NCBI GenBank assembly: GCA_951406725.2
Contig: OX597825.1
Coordinates: forward strand, 38,502,001-38,566,000
DNA: 64,000 nt
Direction: 5' to 3'
Source of the DNA: Octopus vulgaris
Taxonomy: Eukaryota
Numbering within the stretch: position 1 is the first letter of the stretch; every line of letters starts with the position of its first letter. Position numbers and translations under genes: made by a program. This document shows, piece after piece, positions 14,132 to 29,720 of this stretch. A model generated the notes under the pieces. The model saw only the letters and a list, made by a program, of their open reading frames with translations, was not told the DNA's origin and did not search any database.

Positions 14132-16083
14132 ATATTTACCCCCGCAATTTTTAATGCTTTCTTAAAAGTTATTCTATTCTCAGCTCGCAGTTTTTAAGGT
14201 ATTCTGTTCATGTTCTCAAAACTATTCTTCGTGCCTATTAAAACCCAACTTTATATAAATTCGCATCATTTAAATTAGTTATATTTAGCATCAATTGTTT
14301 ATATTTTCCTCCAGATTTAGGCAGGAGTTATTTGAAAAGGCAAGGCTATGAGCTTTAATAGGTCTTCTGTTTACAAGAAGAAATATTATATATGCAATTA
14401 TTTACAACCAGATTATTTTTAACATTTTACAAGTGATTTTTACGACTTAATTATATTTTTCTTCAAATTTATTGATATATGATACTTCAAATGTCTCTTT
14501 ATATTCTTATACATGCAGATTTGTTTTAATTTTTACGTGATTCTCGTTTTTTTTAATTCTCGTGTTTTTATAAAGGTACATAGTAATTAATTTACGTATT
14601 TAGATTAAAAAATAATTCAAGAGAAATTTATTGCTACCAATGAAAATTTTTCTTAAAAAATATTTTTCACTTTCTCAAAATTTTTGTACTCCATTGTCAT
14701 ATCATTTATGATCTTGGCATTTGTGCTGCAAATAATTGTTGAATATTTTTTTATTTCACTTTTGATATTTATGACCGTCACTGCTATACGTGTTTTAGGA
14801 TAGTCTAACTTCTATTTTTAATTTCGTATATATTCATTCAGCATTTCCGTTGGTTTTCAGATAGCAATGGTAGATGTGACTTTAATGAGATACATTGTAA
14901 TACAATTACTATACACTGCACAAGATAAGAAGACTAAGAATTTAAATGAATGTTTTACTGTAGATAATCTTTGCAACTACAGAGTGCGGGCATATTTTCT
15001 TGGAAAATGCAAAATATATATAGCAAATTAAGACAATATAGAAACTATATGTAGAATACTCTCTGATGCACTTAACATTTATTTATATTAAGTATTCATT
15101 GCTAGATGCATGTGTGTGTGTGTGCGCGTGTGTGTTTGAGAGAGACAGATATTTAGTGGGAGAGAGATAACTACTAGATAGGTTTTATCACGTTTCTACT
15201 TACTGGCAGGATCGTTAGATATTGTCTAACGCTTGATATTCTATTTCGAAAATATTTTAACATTATAAATTGTTCTGCAGTAAAATTTCAAACAAATATA
15301 TAGTATTCATTTCTTACACAATATTCTAAATAACTGTCAAAATGATTTCTGCTTGACAATATTTCTTGATTATTGAGTGATAATAATAGTTTAATTCATG
15401 ATTTCAGTCAAAAGGCTTTTAGTTGGATTTTTTCATCTTACTGTTGAACCTAGAAATATTTCAGTAAGATTTGTCATTATTCAAATTATTCGAATGTTAT
15501 TTCTGAAGAAGTGAGGGTACTATTTTTACTACTAGTGAGTTGAGTGGCAACACATTGACTGAAGTGGCCGTGTTTGTCTTGAATAGTTGATATAAACATT
15601 ATTATACGAAAATGCATATGTACGGCTCTATGTGTCGGTGTCTGTTTGATTTCTTCTGCTCGTGTGTGAGTTTGTTTGCATATACTCGCACTCTTGTATC
15701 TATATCCTCCTATAAGTCGATAAGTCATTTCGACTAACAGGCTTCGATTAAAACAGGAATGTCATTGCTTTGAATTATGTGTATGAAGGTAGGTCTCTAT
15801 GTAAGCGTATCTACCTGTGTGTATATCTAAGTGCATGTTTATTTAAGTATACATGAATGCATATATCTAGCTATATGTCTATCTGTCTATCGGTGTACCT
15901 CCTTCTGTTTGTATGTCTGTTTTTCAGTCTCTGTAAGCCACAGAACCTCCCCTAAACTAGACACCAATATTTAAACGTAATCCAAGCATAATGAGATTAT
16001 CTTTGACGAAAAACAACCAATATCAATGTAAGTAATCTCCAGAAACCATGAATAAATCCACAAACACTTTCCACTAAACTAGA

Positions 16084-16150
<67 letters not shown>

Positions 16151-16840
16151 CATACATGTTTATCTATGTATATATAGAAAGATAAATGATATAGATATAT
16201 ATTCACACATAAATATTCATACACATTTAGATTCATTTAGACACACGAACAGACACAAACACACACACACAAACTCACACACATATATACACATGCGCGC
16301 GCATGCACATTTCTGTAAGTATGCTGCAAAATTAGTGATTTGTTTCGTATACTTCTGAAAATAAAAATATAATTAATTTTCTAACTCTACGAATAACATC
16401 AGGTTTAGTTTACATTAAATTATACATGTATAAATGCTGTGTGTAAATGATGTATAGCAGATTATGAGAAAAGATATGGATATTTTGATATTTAAGTGCA
16501 ATTATAATTATATTTGACCATTTGTTACGGTCTAGTGAGTTTTTTTATGTTCTTGTTTGTGTTTCGCTCTGTTTTGTTTATTAGTTTTGTTTATTATTAT
16601 ACATTTCTATAAATTTTCGACTTTTATTTCTTGGTCTTCCGATTTGGAAAATGTGATATTTTGTTAGATTGTAAATTTTAGCGGAAATTAATCGTTCAAT
16701 CATTTTGTAGCTACGTGTATATATATGTGTGTGCTGGTGTATATTCGAAGAGTGTACGTGTGTTCCTTTTCATACATATATATATATATATATATATATG
16801 CTTATGTATAATCATGCGTGTGTACGTTTATATATATATC

Positions 16841-16880
<40 letters not shown>

Positions 16881-16890
16881 TATATAAATA

Positions 16891-16936
<46 letters not shown>

Positions 16937-17012
16937 CATATATATATATATATATATACATACATATATATGTTTATGTATAAGTATACGTGATTTCTTT
17001 TATATATATATA

Positions 17013-17051
<39 letters not shown>

Positions 17052-17080
17052 TTATGTTTATGTATAAGTATACGTGTTTG

Positions 17081-17123
<43 letters not shown>

Positions 17124-17675
17124 AATATGCATATTTGTGTATGTCTGCATGGTCGTACTTGTGAGCGCATGTGTAATGATATTAGGAATATGGAAAACAA
17201 TAGCAATGCAAAGGAAAAGAGGAAAAGTCTGAGAATGCAGTAGAGAGAAGGGGGAGTATAGCTTCTCTATTGCCACAATATACACAAAATAGCGGGGAAG
17301 AATGTGGAAAATATTTGTCGATTGACGCAATGTTTTGAAAGAAAACAACAAACATGTACGCACATCGTCTAAATGATGATAATATAATATATTGCTAACT
17401 GTGAAATCCCACCTGGTTCAATTATTGGAACAAGAGCTTCCTTATCTACTATACTTAACAAAAAAGAGTTCTTCGTTCTGAATGCACTCTGAGTGTAAGC
17501 TCATTAACTCTGTCGCATATTACTACATGCAATCGCCGCCCTCTCTATCTTATCCATTTAAGAGGGAATGATGAAGATGAAGGCTTAGTTGATAAAGAAA
17601 ATGTCCTCCCTTTTTTTATTCCTAATCATCAGGTAGACTAAAAACTCTTTTCTTTAGAAAGTCAGAAGATGAGTA

Positions 17676-18392
<717 letters not shown>

Positions 18393-18396
18393 AATG

Positions 18397-18458
<62 letters not shown>

Positions 18459-18460
<2 letters not shown>

Positions 18461-18738
18461 CCCGAATGTAGAATCTAAAAACAGAAACAATTCCTATCAT
18501 AACAGGCGCATTAGGTATAATAAAAAAATATTCAGACAAATACACAACAAAACACCAGGACTTACAAGTATATATAACATAAAGAAAATTGCACTACTGG
18601 GCACTGCACACATCCTACGCAAAACACTTTCAATACAGTAAGTATAAGAGTTTCACTACAAACCACAGCACATACCCAAGGCACACAGAGCTGCGATCGC
18701 TAGTGAAGTGTAAGCACGATATAAAAAGTTAAAACTAT

Positions 18739-18740
<2 letters not shown>
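18459..18740 (+). mobile_element. 5'-truncated 3' end of an R4/Dong-like element
   Basis: Colinear with about 59014-59294 (...RM*NLKTETIPII.GAL...KIALLGTAHILRKTLSIQ* plus 3' UTR), followed by (AAT)n. Confidence 0.85.
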
Positions 18741-18793
<53 letters not shown>

Positions 18794-18851
18794 TAACAAT
18801 AATAATTATAATAATAATAATAACATCAACAACAACAACAACAACAACAAC

Positions 18852-18893
<42 letters not shown>

Positions 18894-18914
18894 TATAATA
18901 ATAATAATATTAAA

Positions 18915-18954
<40 letters not shown>

Positions 18955-20487
18955 TATCAAACTTCTGTAAACTGATTCTAGTTACAAGAATATAGAAATA
19001 TTTTGTTGCTTTTATATACATTGTTTTGTATTTTTGCTTTTGTCTCTTCTGTCAGTCGCGTGACTGGTCATTTAATGGTATTCATGGCATCTTGAATGTG
19101 TATGATATGTCTTATATTTACTACGTATTTTTCGGCGAAATCTTTTAACAGTCCATTGCAAGGTGAAATCAAGGGTTCAACGAATACTTGAAATATTAAG
19201 ACTCTAGTCGAGGTTTCTTATCGCTTATATTAGTGTTCCAAATACTAAAGCAAACCAGACGAATATTGAGATTTTCGTCAGTTTAATTCATTTCTCTTTT
19301 TGCTCCTACACCTTTCTGTTTAGCAAAGAAATTATCCATTTAATCAGATTAATCAAAATACAAAGCAGTAATATATTGCTCTTTTAGTGTTCAATTATGC
19401 TAACCTGATTCCTTGTACGTATTTCATAGGTATAATGTGTGAATTATTTATATGTAAGAAATAAAGAAATTAATGAAATGGTATGGTTCTTAGCAGAGCA
19501 TTTATAATTTGTAACATTGATCATCTTCAGTCTTATATAACAGATTCTTGATGTAAATATTTAACTACATGGTGATGTGCTTTGTTACTCGCTGTTGCAA
19601 AAAAACAAAAATGACAAATCGCATATACTGACGAATAGTTATTTGTTAAAAGATATAATATGAAGTCGACTGATTCTTTTACTACCGATTGTGTCACTTG
19701 TATTCATGTATATATAAGGTCCCAAGAAACTTCTACTCATGTAATTTCGAAAAATGCTATTATGGTAAAACAGTTTTCAATGTTATATATATATCTCATG
19801 TTACCACCTCTTCTGTTATGTCTACTTTATTTATGATCTTGCACATACGGTAAAAATCGATAAAGGCTGGTTTTGCTTTATACTATATACACGTTGCTTA
19901 TTCGTTATCTTTGGTATATCTCTGCTGATATGATAGATTAGCCATTACCTTTTAATTTTACAACAGTTGAACAACTCAAGAGGCAATTTCTAAGGAAACA
20001 GTGAAAATTAAGAAGACTTTGTTCTCATATTTTAAAAAACTTTTGAAAGTATGTTTATTTTCTTTTTCAAAACATATGTTCTTTCATGTATATTTTTGTA
20101 ATTTCTCTCTGGTTATTACTTTCTATCACCATCGATTATTTATAAAATATTCTCGCCTTATATATTCTTTTCAGTCTTTCAACTTTTATTGAGTGAATTT
20201 ACCATGCGGATGAGCTTTAGATTTTTAATCTTTAATCGACCTTTCATATTTTTCTTTGATTTTTCAAATATATTTTTTACATCCCTTTTCAATTGCTGCT
20301 AACAATTTTTAATAACGTTTAGTGGTTATTTTCTTTTTCTAAGTAATTATATGAAGAAGAACTATTTCCCAAAATTGTGTCTTGAGCAAATACATACGAG
20401 TAAACCTAGAAGGCTTTACTGATGATTCAATATATATAATATACAAAACCTTATACCCACTTACGAAGGAAACAAGCAGATCTTAAA

Positions 20488-20540
<53 letters not shown>

Positions 20541-20559
20541 AGTAGTTGAATGAATTATC

Positions 20560-20911
20560 TTGTTATGGATAATTCGGTTATCCATATGTAAATTATCCTT
20601 TAATGTAAATGTTAGCACTCTGAGCTATTCTAAGTCCCCAAAAATCTTTATCTGGTTTGTCATTCCTTTCGGGAAACAAATCAGGTGTAACCTCCCTTTA
20701 CAATTCCGTGAAGCCGTAGCTAGGAACTTTCCCAGGAATTCTAGGTATTACTCTACTATCAATTCGCATAAGGTGAGGATTGCATAATTCCAACACTAGA
20801 AACCTATCGCAGATAATTACCTCCCATAATAATAAGCTGCTAAATAAGGATTCATCACCTAGGAGTAGCGACACTGCCCTTACCAATTCCAACATAACAC
20901 ATATTAATAAT

Positions 20912-20978
<67 letters not shown>

Positions 20979-21678
20979 TAAACAGTATTGATATTAGCAA
21001 CATCCATAGCAGCACTGGCGTTAACAATAGTAATAATGATAATAATATTAGCCGGATTATTAACAGTGGTGGTGTTAGTGGTAATAATAACAGCATTTCT
21101 AATAACAGTTGTATTATTGATGATAACAGTCCCATCATTCCTATAGTCAGAGAAATTGCCGACGATATTACAATTAATAGTAATGATAATAAGATGAATA
21201 GTATCGTGGCCAATGCTAGCAACATTTACACCTATCATAACAATAAAAACTCTGTCTTAGTATCGGATGTTAACCCCAACAGATTAAAGTTCCTATCCAA
21301 AAACTCCAAAATTAGAAACACCATTTACCATTGCAAAATTTCTTCGGGAACCGATGTCTTCTTCTACATTGGAGCAATTTCTAAATTAGCCCAAAGGATA
21401 TCCAACCGTTATTCAACTTTCAGAGATAAGAGAAAACAACACAGCACGGGACTAAGTAAATTAGTTTGGCGTCTGAAGGACAGCAATACAACTTTCAAAC
21501 TGGAATGGTCCATATTGTCGGTGTCCTTCCCGTTTGACAAGGGCAGAAAACATTGTGGCGTTTGTAATTCCGAACTTTTTTATATTTTGTTCGCCAAAGT
21601 CCCTTTAATAAATACAATCGTCGAGAGGTCCTACAGATGCATGCATTGGTAAAAACACACCTTTCAATCATATGAATA
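20560..21678 (+). pseudogene. PLE ORF remnant: post-RT linker, Asn-rich insert, GIY-YIG endonuclease
   Basis: NTIYHCKI...FFYIGAISKLAQRISNRYSTFR...STGLSKLVWRLKD...LEWSIL...HCGVCNSELFYIL...LIN...RCMH. Removing one A at about 20786 (gcaTAAttcc to gca tat tcc) joins ORFs 20560-20787 and 20780-21652. RT domain absent. Confidence 0.8.
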
Positions 21679-22259
21679 ATGATTAATATAGATAACCCCT
21701 TGAATTTTAATTAATATAACTCTTTTTTTATATATTTCACCCCATAGTCAAAAAATTATTTTTATACTTTCAAAGAGCTACTACCCAATCCAGTGAGGTA
21801 TGTGTTACCTTTGTCCCTATACCTCGCCCTCCTCTTTCTCTCTCTTTCACTCTCTCTTTCCCTCTATCTATAGTAAGCACAATCAAACACACACACACAA
21901 ACCGTTCACCTCACCACTGTCTGTTTTCAGACATCCACCCATCCACAAACACAATCACGCACACACATACACACACACACATTAATGCCGTTATATACAG
22001 TCACACACACAGACACACATTCACAAAAGAAAATTCACCATTCATTTGAACTGCACCCTTTCACCTTCCTATTCTTATGCCCCTCTTCTCCTACTTCGTT
22101 TGAACCCTTGAACCTTTAGAACCTTCAAGAATCTTCTACATCCAACCATTTTGACGTCACTCCTTTAAAATAATTTTTTAAAGAGACACTCATTATCACT
22201 ATGGGCTCCGTGTGAGCAGTCATCTAAAAGTTTTTTGTGCATCTTGATGTTGACATAAG

Positions 22260-22358
22260 TTCCTTGCTTTTCCTGATGAGAAAGCGGCATAATATACTCC
22301 TTATTCCTTCGCAATTAGGAATATGCAGCCTTCGAAACATATGTCGAAACTAAAGGAA
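22260..22358 (+). ncRNA. Type I hammerhead ribozyme
   Basis: Stem I tttc(22269-72)/gaaa(22346-49), extended by ttcctt/aaggaa; CUGAUGA 22273-79; stem II gaaagcggcata/tatgcagccttc; GAA 22334-36; palindromic stem III ACAUAUGU; predicted cleavage after GUC at 22345. Confidence 0.8.
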
Positions 22359-22392
22359 TTTTGTTAATTCGTCGTTCAACTCCATTCTTTCA

Positions 22393-22494
<102 letters not shown>

Positions 22495-22523
22495 TGTGTT
22501 TGTGTGTGTATAAATATATATAT

Positions 22524-23752
22524 TATGCTGGCGGTTTTTAGCCTTTAAATTTAGATGCACATATCTCGGCTCAAACAAAACTTTATTAATCGAAATAAAC
22601 ACCATCAGAATCAACACATTATTGCCAACGCGAAACAAGTGTATTTATGCCAGTAGCGTAATAATTCTGCGTTCTGGTGGCGATGACGTCGTTGAAGGCG
22701 TGTTTGATATCGTCCTGGTTTTTTAAGCATTTCTCATGCAGGACGTTGTCGAGATGCTTGAAAAAGAAGTAGTCGGTAGGCGAGAGGTCTGGTGAGTTTG
22801 GCGGATGAGGCAGGGATTCCTAGCCCAATTCGTTCAACTTCTTCTGGGTCGTGCGGCTTAGTGTTGACGGGGAGAAGAATTGGTCATTTTCTATTGACCA
22901 ATGCTGGCTTTTATCGGAGTTTCTTATGCATTTCATCCATTTGCTGACAGTACTTCTCCGCCGTAATGGTTTCACGTGGATTCAAAAAGCTGTGGTGGAT
23001 GAGACCGGCCGCAGACCACCAAATATTCAGCATGATTTTCTATTGGCTTTGGCAAGTGCCGTGGAGCTTCGTCTGCCTCCAACTTAGCGTTTCCCGTTGT
23101 CGGAAAGGATCCACATTTCATCGCAAGTCACAATCCGGTTGAAAACTGGTCGTATTGTTGCGTAAAAGAGGGGGAAGACGACACTTCTTAAAGTTGTTTT
23201 CTTTTTGGTTGTCATTCAATTCGTGCGGCACTTATTTCTCAAGTACTTTAGTTTCTCTAATCTCTTTCAAGTGGTTGGAAATTGCCGTAACGTCTAATTC
23301 AGAAGCAAGCACTCGAACACTTGTGCGAGGAGTGGCTTCGATTAAAGGCTCTTAGTTGATCGTTGTCAACATCCGATGGGCGGGCACAACGCCCACCATC
23401 TTCAAGACTCTCGTCATCGCTACGACATTTCTTCAACCACCATTGTGCAGTACGTTAATTAGTACTTCCTGGAACAAATGAATCGTTGATATCGCGATCT
23501 GTTTCAGAAGCTTTTCGGCCTAGCTTGAACTGGAATAAGATAATTGTGCGAAATTGCTTTTTGTTCATGTCTATTCAACATTTCGGAAAAATAGCCTAAT
23601 TATTCACAAAGAAAAAGAGTAACAGGATTCGATAGAGCGAAAAAATGGCTTTAAGATGATATATAAAGGCAAAGTAATTTAGGGGAAAAAATTGAAAATA
23701 CATCATTTAAAACCAAAATTTTAATTTCCCCAAGATCTTTCTTGACAACCAA
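22524..23752 (-). mobile_element. Decayed mariner (Tc1/mariner DD34D-type) transposon
   Basis: Transposase remnant 23568 to 22586: MNKKQFRTIILFQFKLGRKASET...*VPHEL...RWQ*CVDSDGVYFD*. The 5' TIR (ggttgtcaagaaag) is present, the 3' TIR is lost; multiple stops and frameshifts. Confidence 0.9.
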
Positions 23753-23808
23753 TGATATATATATGTAAGGTTGTCAAGAAAGATTTGGCTGAATTTTAAA
23801 TTTTGGTT

Positions 23809-23843
<35 letters not shown>

Positions 23844-24132
23844 GTATATATATATATACACTCAACGTCTGGGGATTAATCGATATGCGGGTACTCGATT
23901 TCAGTTAAGACAAAAATCACCAAATGAGTATATCTGACAGTAAACTCATGATATCAGTTTGCACATCACGAAATAATCCTAAAAGACACAACCAAAATTA
24001 CCAGCAGGGTATATAATGTACTTAATTAATTATATTATACTTTAGTTAATACTTATATTTATCAAATATGAATGAGCTACACGTGTTCAGTATTGGAAGA
24101 TTACGATACATATATACACATACACAACTGTA

Positions 24133-24862
<730 letters not shown>

Positions 24863-25314
24863 GTATATACATATATAAATACATATAGGCAATCCTTAAA
24901 TTTACAATTATTCCAACATCTCTTCAGGTTCTATTTCAAAATATTATATAGCTAATTGTACATCCTTTTAAAAATAGGCAGTACAATTAAGCATTAAAGA
25001 TTAAAAATTACGAATTACAAATTAAGAATAAAAAATTAAGAAATAAAATTGAGAATAAAAAAATGAAAATTAAGAATAAAAATTATACTTTGTAATATTA
25101 AGAATTAAAATTTATAAATTATACATTAATATCACCATTGTAGTAGCAGCAAAAGATGGAAGATATGCATTCGAATTTGTCTTGCTATACATCACATTTA
25201 AACACTGATATTTTTATTCTGATGTTTAATCTTATATCTCACATTCTGTATTTGACAATACTTGATTTTACATGATTGATAAATATACTAATTCATATTT
25301 ATTATGTATATATA

Positions 25315-25483
25315 AAGCACCACCTTTAATCGAGCTACTCAACCCCGGGACTTATTCTTTGTAAGCTCAGTACTTGGTCTATCGGTCTCTTTTGCCGAAC
25401 CGCTAAGTGACGGGACATAAACACACCAGCATCGGTTGTCAAGCAATATTAGGGGGGCAAACACTGACACACAAACACACACG

Positions 25484-25514
<31 letters not shown>

Positions 25515-25686
25515 ACATATATACGACGGGCTTCTTTCAGTTTCCGTCTACCAAATCCACTCATTATGCTTTGGTCGGCCCGAAGCTATAGTAGAAGACA
25601 CTTGCCCAAGGTGCCACGCAGTGGAATGAACCCGGAACCATGTGGTTGATAAGCAAGCTACTTACCACACAGCCACTCCTGCGTCT
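25315..25686 (-). mobile_element. tRNA-derived SINE (same family as 9466-10515)
   Basis: Minus strand: gacgcaggagtggctgtgtggtaagtagcttgctt...ggttccgggttcattccactgcgtggcaccttgggcaagtgtc..., internal (TA)/(TG) tract, then the 3' body. Confidence 0.85.
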
Positions 25687-26345
25687 ATAATTGATAATTT
25701 ATAATTTATAAATTTTAATTCTTAATATTAAAATCTATAATTTTTATTCTATTTCTTTTATTCTTGATTTTTAATTCGTAATTTTTAAGTTTATCCTTAA
25801 TTGTATAGCTTATTTTTAAAGGGATGTAAATAATATATATAATATTTTGAAACAGAACCCGAAGAGACGTGAAAATAATTGTAAATCTGACGATTGCATA
25901 TATGTATTTATATGTGTATCTATGTGGGTATACATTTGTGTATATGTATATATATTGTATTCTTCCAATACTGAAACACATGTAGTTCCTTCATATTTAT
26001 CAAATATAAGTGTTAACTAAAGTATGATATCATTAATGAAATACATTATATACCCTGCTATTAATTTTTATGTCCTTTAAGTATTACTTCGTGATGTGCA
26101 AATTGATACCTTGAGTTTAGTGTCAGATATACTCATTAGGTTATTTTTGTATTATCTGAAATAGAATACCCGAATATCGATTAATCCCCCAAAATTGAAT
26201 GTTGACTTTTATGAGATATTTTGCATATTTATAGATAAATATATAAATATATGATAAATAAGACCCCGAATTACGATATGTGGATGCATATAACGCTGTA
26301 GGGTTACAACTGATTGATTTGGAAATTTGCTTTCCCAAATTATTA

Positions 26346-26383
<38 letters not shown>

Positions 26384-26529
26384 GTATGTATGTATATATA
26401 TACATACACATATATGTATATATAAATATGCATATATATAACATATGTATATATATGTATATATATGCGTATATATATGTATATATATATATATATATAT
26501 AAATACATGTATATATATATATATACAAC

Positions 26530-27730
26530 TTAAACTTAGATAAAAATTAGATGTTTCGACCAAAGATTGGTCCAGGCCATGTCTAACTTAATAGCACCAC
26601 CTGATAGGATTATTCGAATACTGTTTAAGTCAAGTTTTATTCAAGTAGTGAGTTCTTGTTGGGTGAGTTGTATCAAGTTTTGTTCAAGTAGTGAGTTCTT
26701 GTTGGGTGAGTTGTATCCAATTATGGGTGGCTTATCTGGTATTCTTTGAAGGAATCTATCCAGACTCCGTTTAAAGTTGATGGGATCCTTTTCCTCTTTG
26801 ATCTCCCTCGGGACAATGTTAAATAGGGCAGGGCCTGTTGAGGAAAAGATATTATGTTGCAGCATACATATATGTTGTGATCTTGTATTGGGCAGGGGTC
26901 GTATGGCCCGTGGTCCCAGTCTTGGATGAATCTTGAAGTTAATGTTAAGGTCGTTTGGGCAAAGTTGGCGGTATATTCTCCACATCGTACAAATGATGTA
27001 CCGCTCACGGCGACGCTGGAGGGAGTAGTTTCAAGGCTTTAAGGCGATCCCAATAATCGAGAGCGGCCATGCCTTCAATTTGATTAGTGAGTGCCCTCTG
27101 GGGAGACTCAATTCTGGAGATGTTTTGTCTTGTATGGGGAGACCACAATGGGCAGCAGTATTCAAGGTGTGGCCGTACAAGGGAGGAAAAAAGTGGTATG
27201 ATGACACCTTGTTCTCTGGATCGGAAAGTTCTTAAGATCCAGGAACTCATCCTACGAGCTATATCGACCTTCTTGTTGATGTGTGCACTCCAACTGAGAT
27301 CGTCATCAACAATTACACCCAGGTCTCTGATATTGTTAGAGGCTGTGAGCGGTTCCCCTGAAGGAAGAGAGTATGGTTGTTTTACTGAGGAATTTCTTCC
27401 AAAATGCATCAGCTCAAATTTTCCATCATTCAGTTGCATTTTGTTTCTGTGTGCCCATTGACTCACGGCATATAGATCAGACTGGTGTTGAGTTCAGTCT
27501 GCTTCTTCATTGACGATTTGCTGGAGCTTAGTGTCATCAGCAAATATTTTCACTTTGCAGTAATGTACGACACTGGAAAGGTCGTTTATGTAAATTATGA
27601 AGAGTAGCGGACCCTGGGGGACACCACTGGTGACATTTGCTGGGCTTGAGTGGACTCCATCAACTACAACATGTTGTGTTCTATTCGCCAGGAAATACGT
27701 AATCCAGTGTAGAACTTTTCCACGAATTCC

Positions 27731-27733
<3 letters not shown>
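26530..27733 (-). mobile_element. 5'-truncated CR1-clade LINE (RT C-terminal half and 3' UTR)
   Basis: GIRGKVLHWITYFLANRTQHVVVDG...SGVPQG-PLLFIIYINDL...IFADDTKL...RDLGVIVDDDLSW...LVRPHLEYCCPLWSP...SLQRRRER...; one stop, a frameshift and a deletion in the PQGSVLGP motif; 43-bp tandem duplication at 26631-26716. Confidence 0.92.
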
Positions 27734-27761
<28 letters not shown>

Positions 27762-28387
27762 CATTGATGCATACATACATAACTGCAAATATATGTGCGA
27801 TTGAGATACACCTTTTGCTGAAAACTGCTTGTTAACGAATATATCACATATTTAGTTTACGTACCTTTATGATACCTTTAAAGGTTTACAAAGTATTAAA
27901 ACGTTATTATAAAAGACATTAATAGAAATAACGTTTGACTTCGTTCCGCTGATATATCACGAACAAAGAACACATATAAAATAAACATAAACCAACGCAC
28001 CGGTAATCATATCGGCTTGCCTACAGTCATAGACAAATATATCTATACACGAAACTTATATAGAATGTATATAACAATAGATCGTAATGGAAGAGTTGTA
28101 AATTATAATCAAAGTGATATTTTATACATCAGTGTATAACCATATATCGTAATATAATGGTGGTAAATTATATTAAAGTATGTATCATAATATAGTTCAA
28201 GCACAATTATCTGATAGAGAACTCATTAAGTTAGGTAGAGTAATGACTAGTGTCTGCTCCCTGAATCATTTTATTCATTTGAGTGCAAAAATACACCGTA
28301 AGTCGCCTAGAATATCTTAGTAATGACGTACGAAGACGTTGAATAAGTATGTTTTTTACATATATATGACACTGTATCCCTATATAT

Positions 28388-28447
<60 letters not shown>

Positions 28448-28779
28448 CTGAATTAAATCTCCTTATTTGTGAAAGGTTGAACACACGGTAACAATACCTT
28501 AAACTTCAAATTCTAACAAGAACATAGAAGAAAATACTGCTTAAGATAATTCGGGTTACATCCGCCTAAATACTTTTCCCACATCATTTTGAATGAGAAA
28601 GCACACACACGCATATACACACATGTATATATATTTAGACACACACACTTACACACGCACACATATTGTGGGAACAAAAAGTGGATGCGTGGTATAATAT
28701 TAAATACGATTAAAAAATTGCACTCGTATGAATTATAACCGAATCGCATTATTTAATATAATGCCTCGGACTTTTTTGT

Positions 28780-29680
28780 TCGCACTCACTATGACGCCCC
28801 ACGAGGTAAATATCTGGTGCCAAGTCTCTCTCATTCTCTTTCTCTTTCTCTATGTATCTGTCATTTTCTAGCCCTCTCTTATGTTTCACTTTTTCGCTTG
28901 CTCTCTCACTCTTTCCTATTTTTCTGTCAGCTCTCATCACCTTATCTCTGTTGTTATTTTTGCCCATTCCTTCCATTTAACTATCTCCCACCTTCCCTCT
29001 TGTTCTGTACATCCCTCCTTTATACCTGTTTTGTTTTCCTTCTACTATCACTTGCTTCGCCTTCCGCATTTCTTTCTTCCTCTCTACTCCTTATGTCCTC
29101 TTTCATCCAGCTGCTTTCTTTGCTGTTCTCCAACTGCTTTGTTTCCTCTCCTCTCCCATATCCCCCTTTAGCTTTCACTGTTGTTTGACTGCTGACCTGT
29201 TGTCATGATTCTCCCGGTCCCACGCTTTCGCCTTTACCTTCAATACTGGTTTCACCATTTTTTAAAATTTCATTCTACCTTTATTTCTACCTCTTTATGT
29301 CTTCTCTTTACTTTTCAATCCCTGTAGGATAACCTTTTCCATTAATTCTACTTCTAAACATGTCTTCTGCTAATGTTGTCTCAGATCTGTACAGCCTTTA
29401 TTTTGTTTGTATATGTATGTAACAACAACTTGTGTCCTGTTTGTTTTCATAATGCCCCTTTATGTTTGTTCATTATTCTCAGCAACTGTTTGCTGTCGAC
29501 ACACCCAAGATAGACGATATTACCGTTAAAAGCGTAAAATTTTTGTGTTGTTTGGTCGATAACTTCCGAAGAAAGAGCAAGTCAATGTCTGTGTGAGAAA
29601 TTTAGATTTGTTCCTTTGAATAACTATATGTATAGTACAGGTTATACGCCACGTAGCAAAAATAGATAAAATAAGGATGA
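28780..29680 (+). mobile_element. Old probable PLE 3' remnant (pyrimidine-rich UTR plus degenerate hammerhead-like motif)
   Basis: CT-rich tract 28820-29400, then ataactt-ccgaaga-aagagcaagtc...gatttgttcctt-tgaata-actata tg tatagt-ac-aggttat at 29559-29645. Confidence 0.35.
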
Positions 29681-29720
29681 ACACATTTTATTGAATGTCC
29701 TAAGCGCATTTTATCATTAT

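Noticed and set aside
21650-22260. Selenoprotein/SECIS feature as reported for some Naiad PLEs
   Set aside because: No in-frame TGA in the ORF remnant and no SECIS-like hairpin visible by eye; a SECIS search on a full consensus would be needed.
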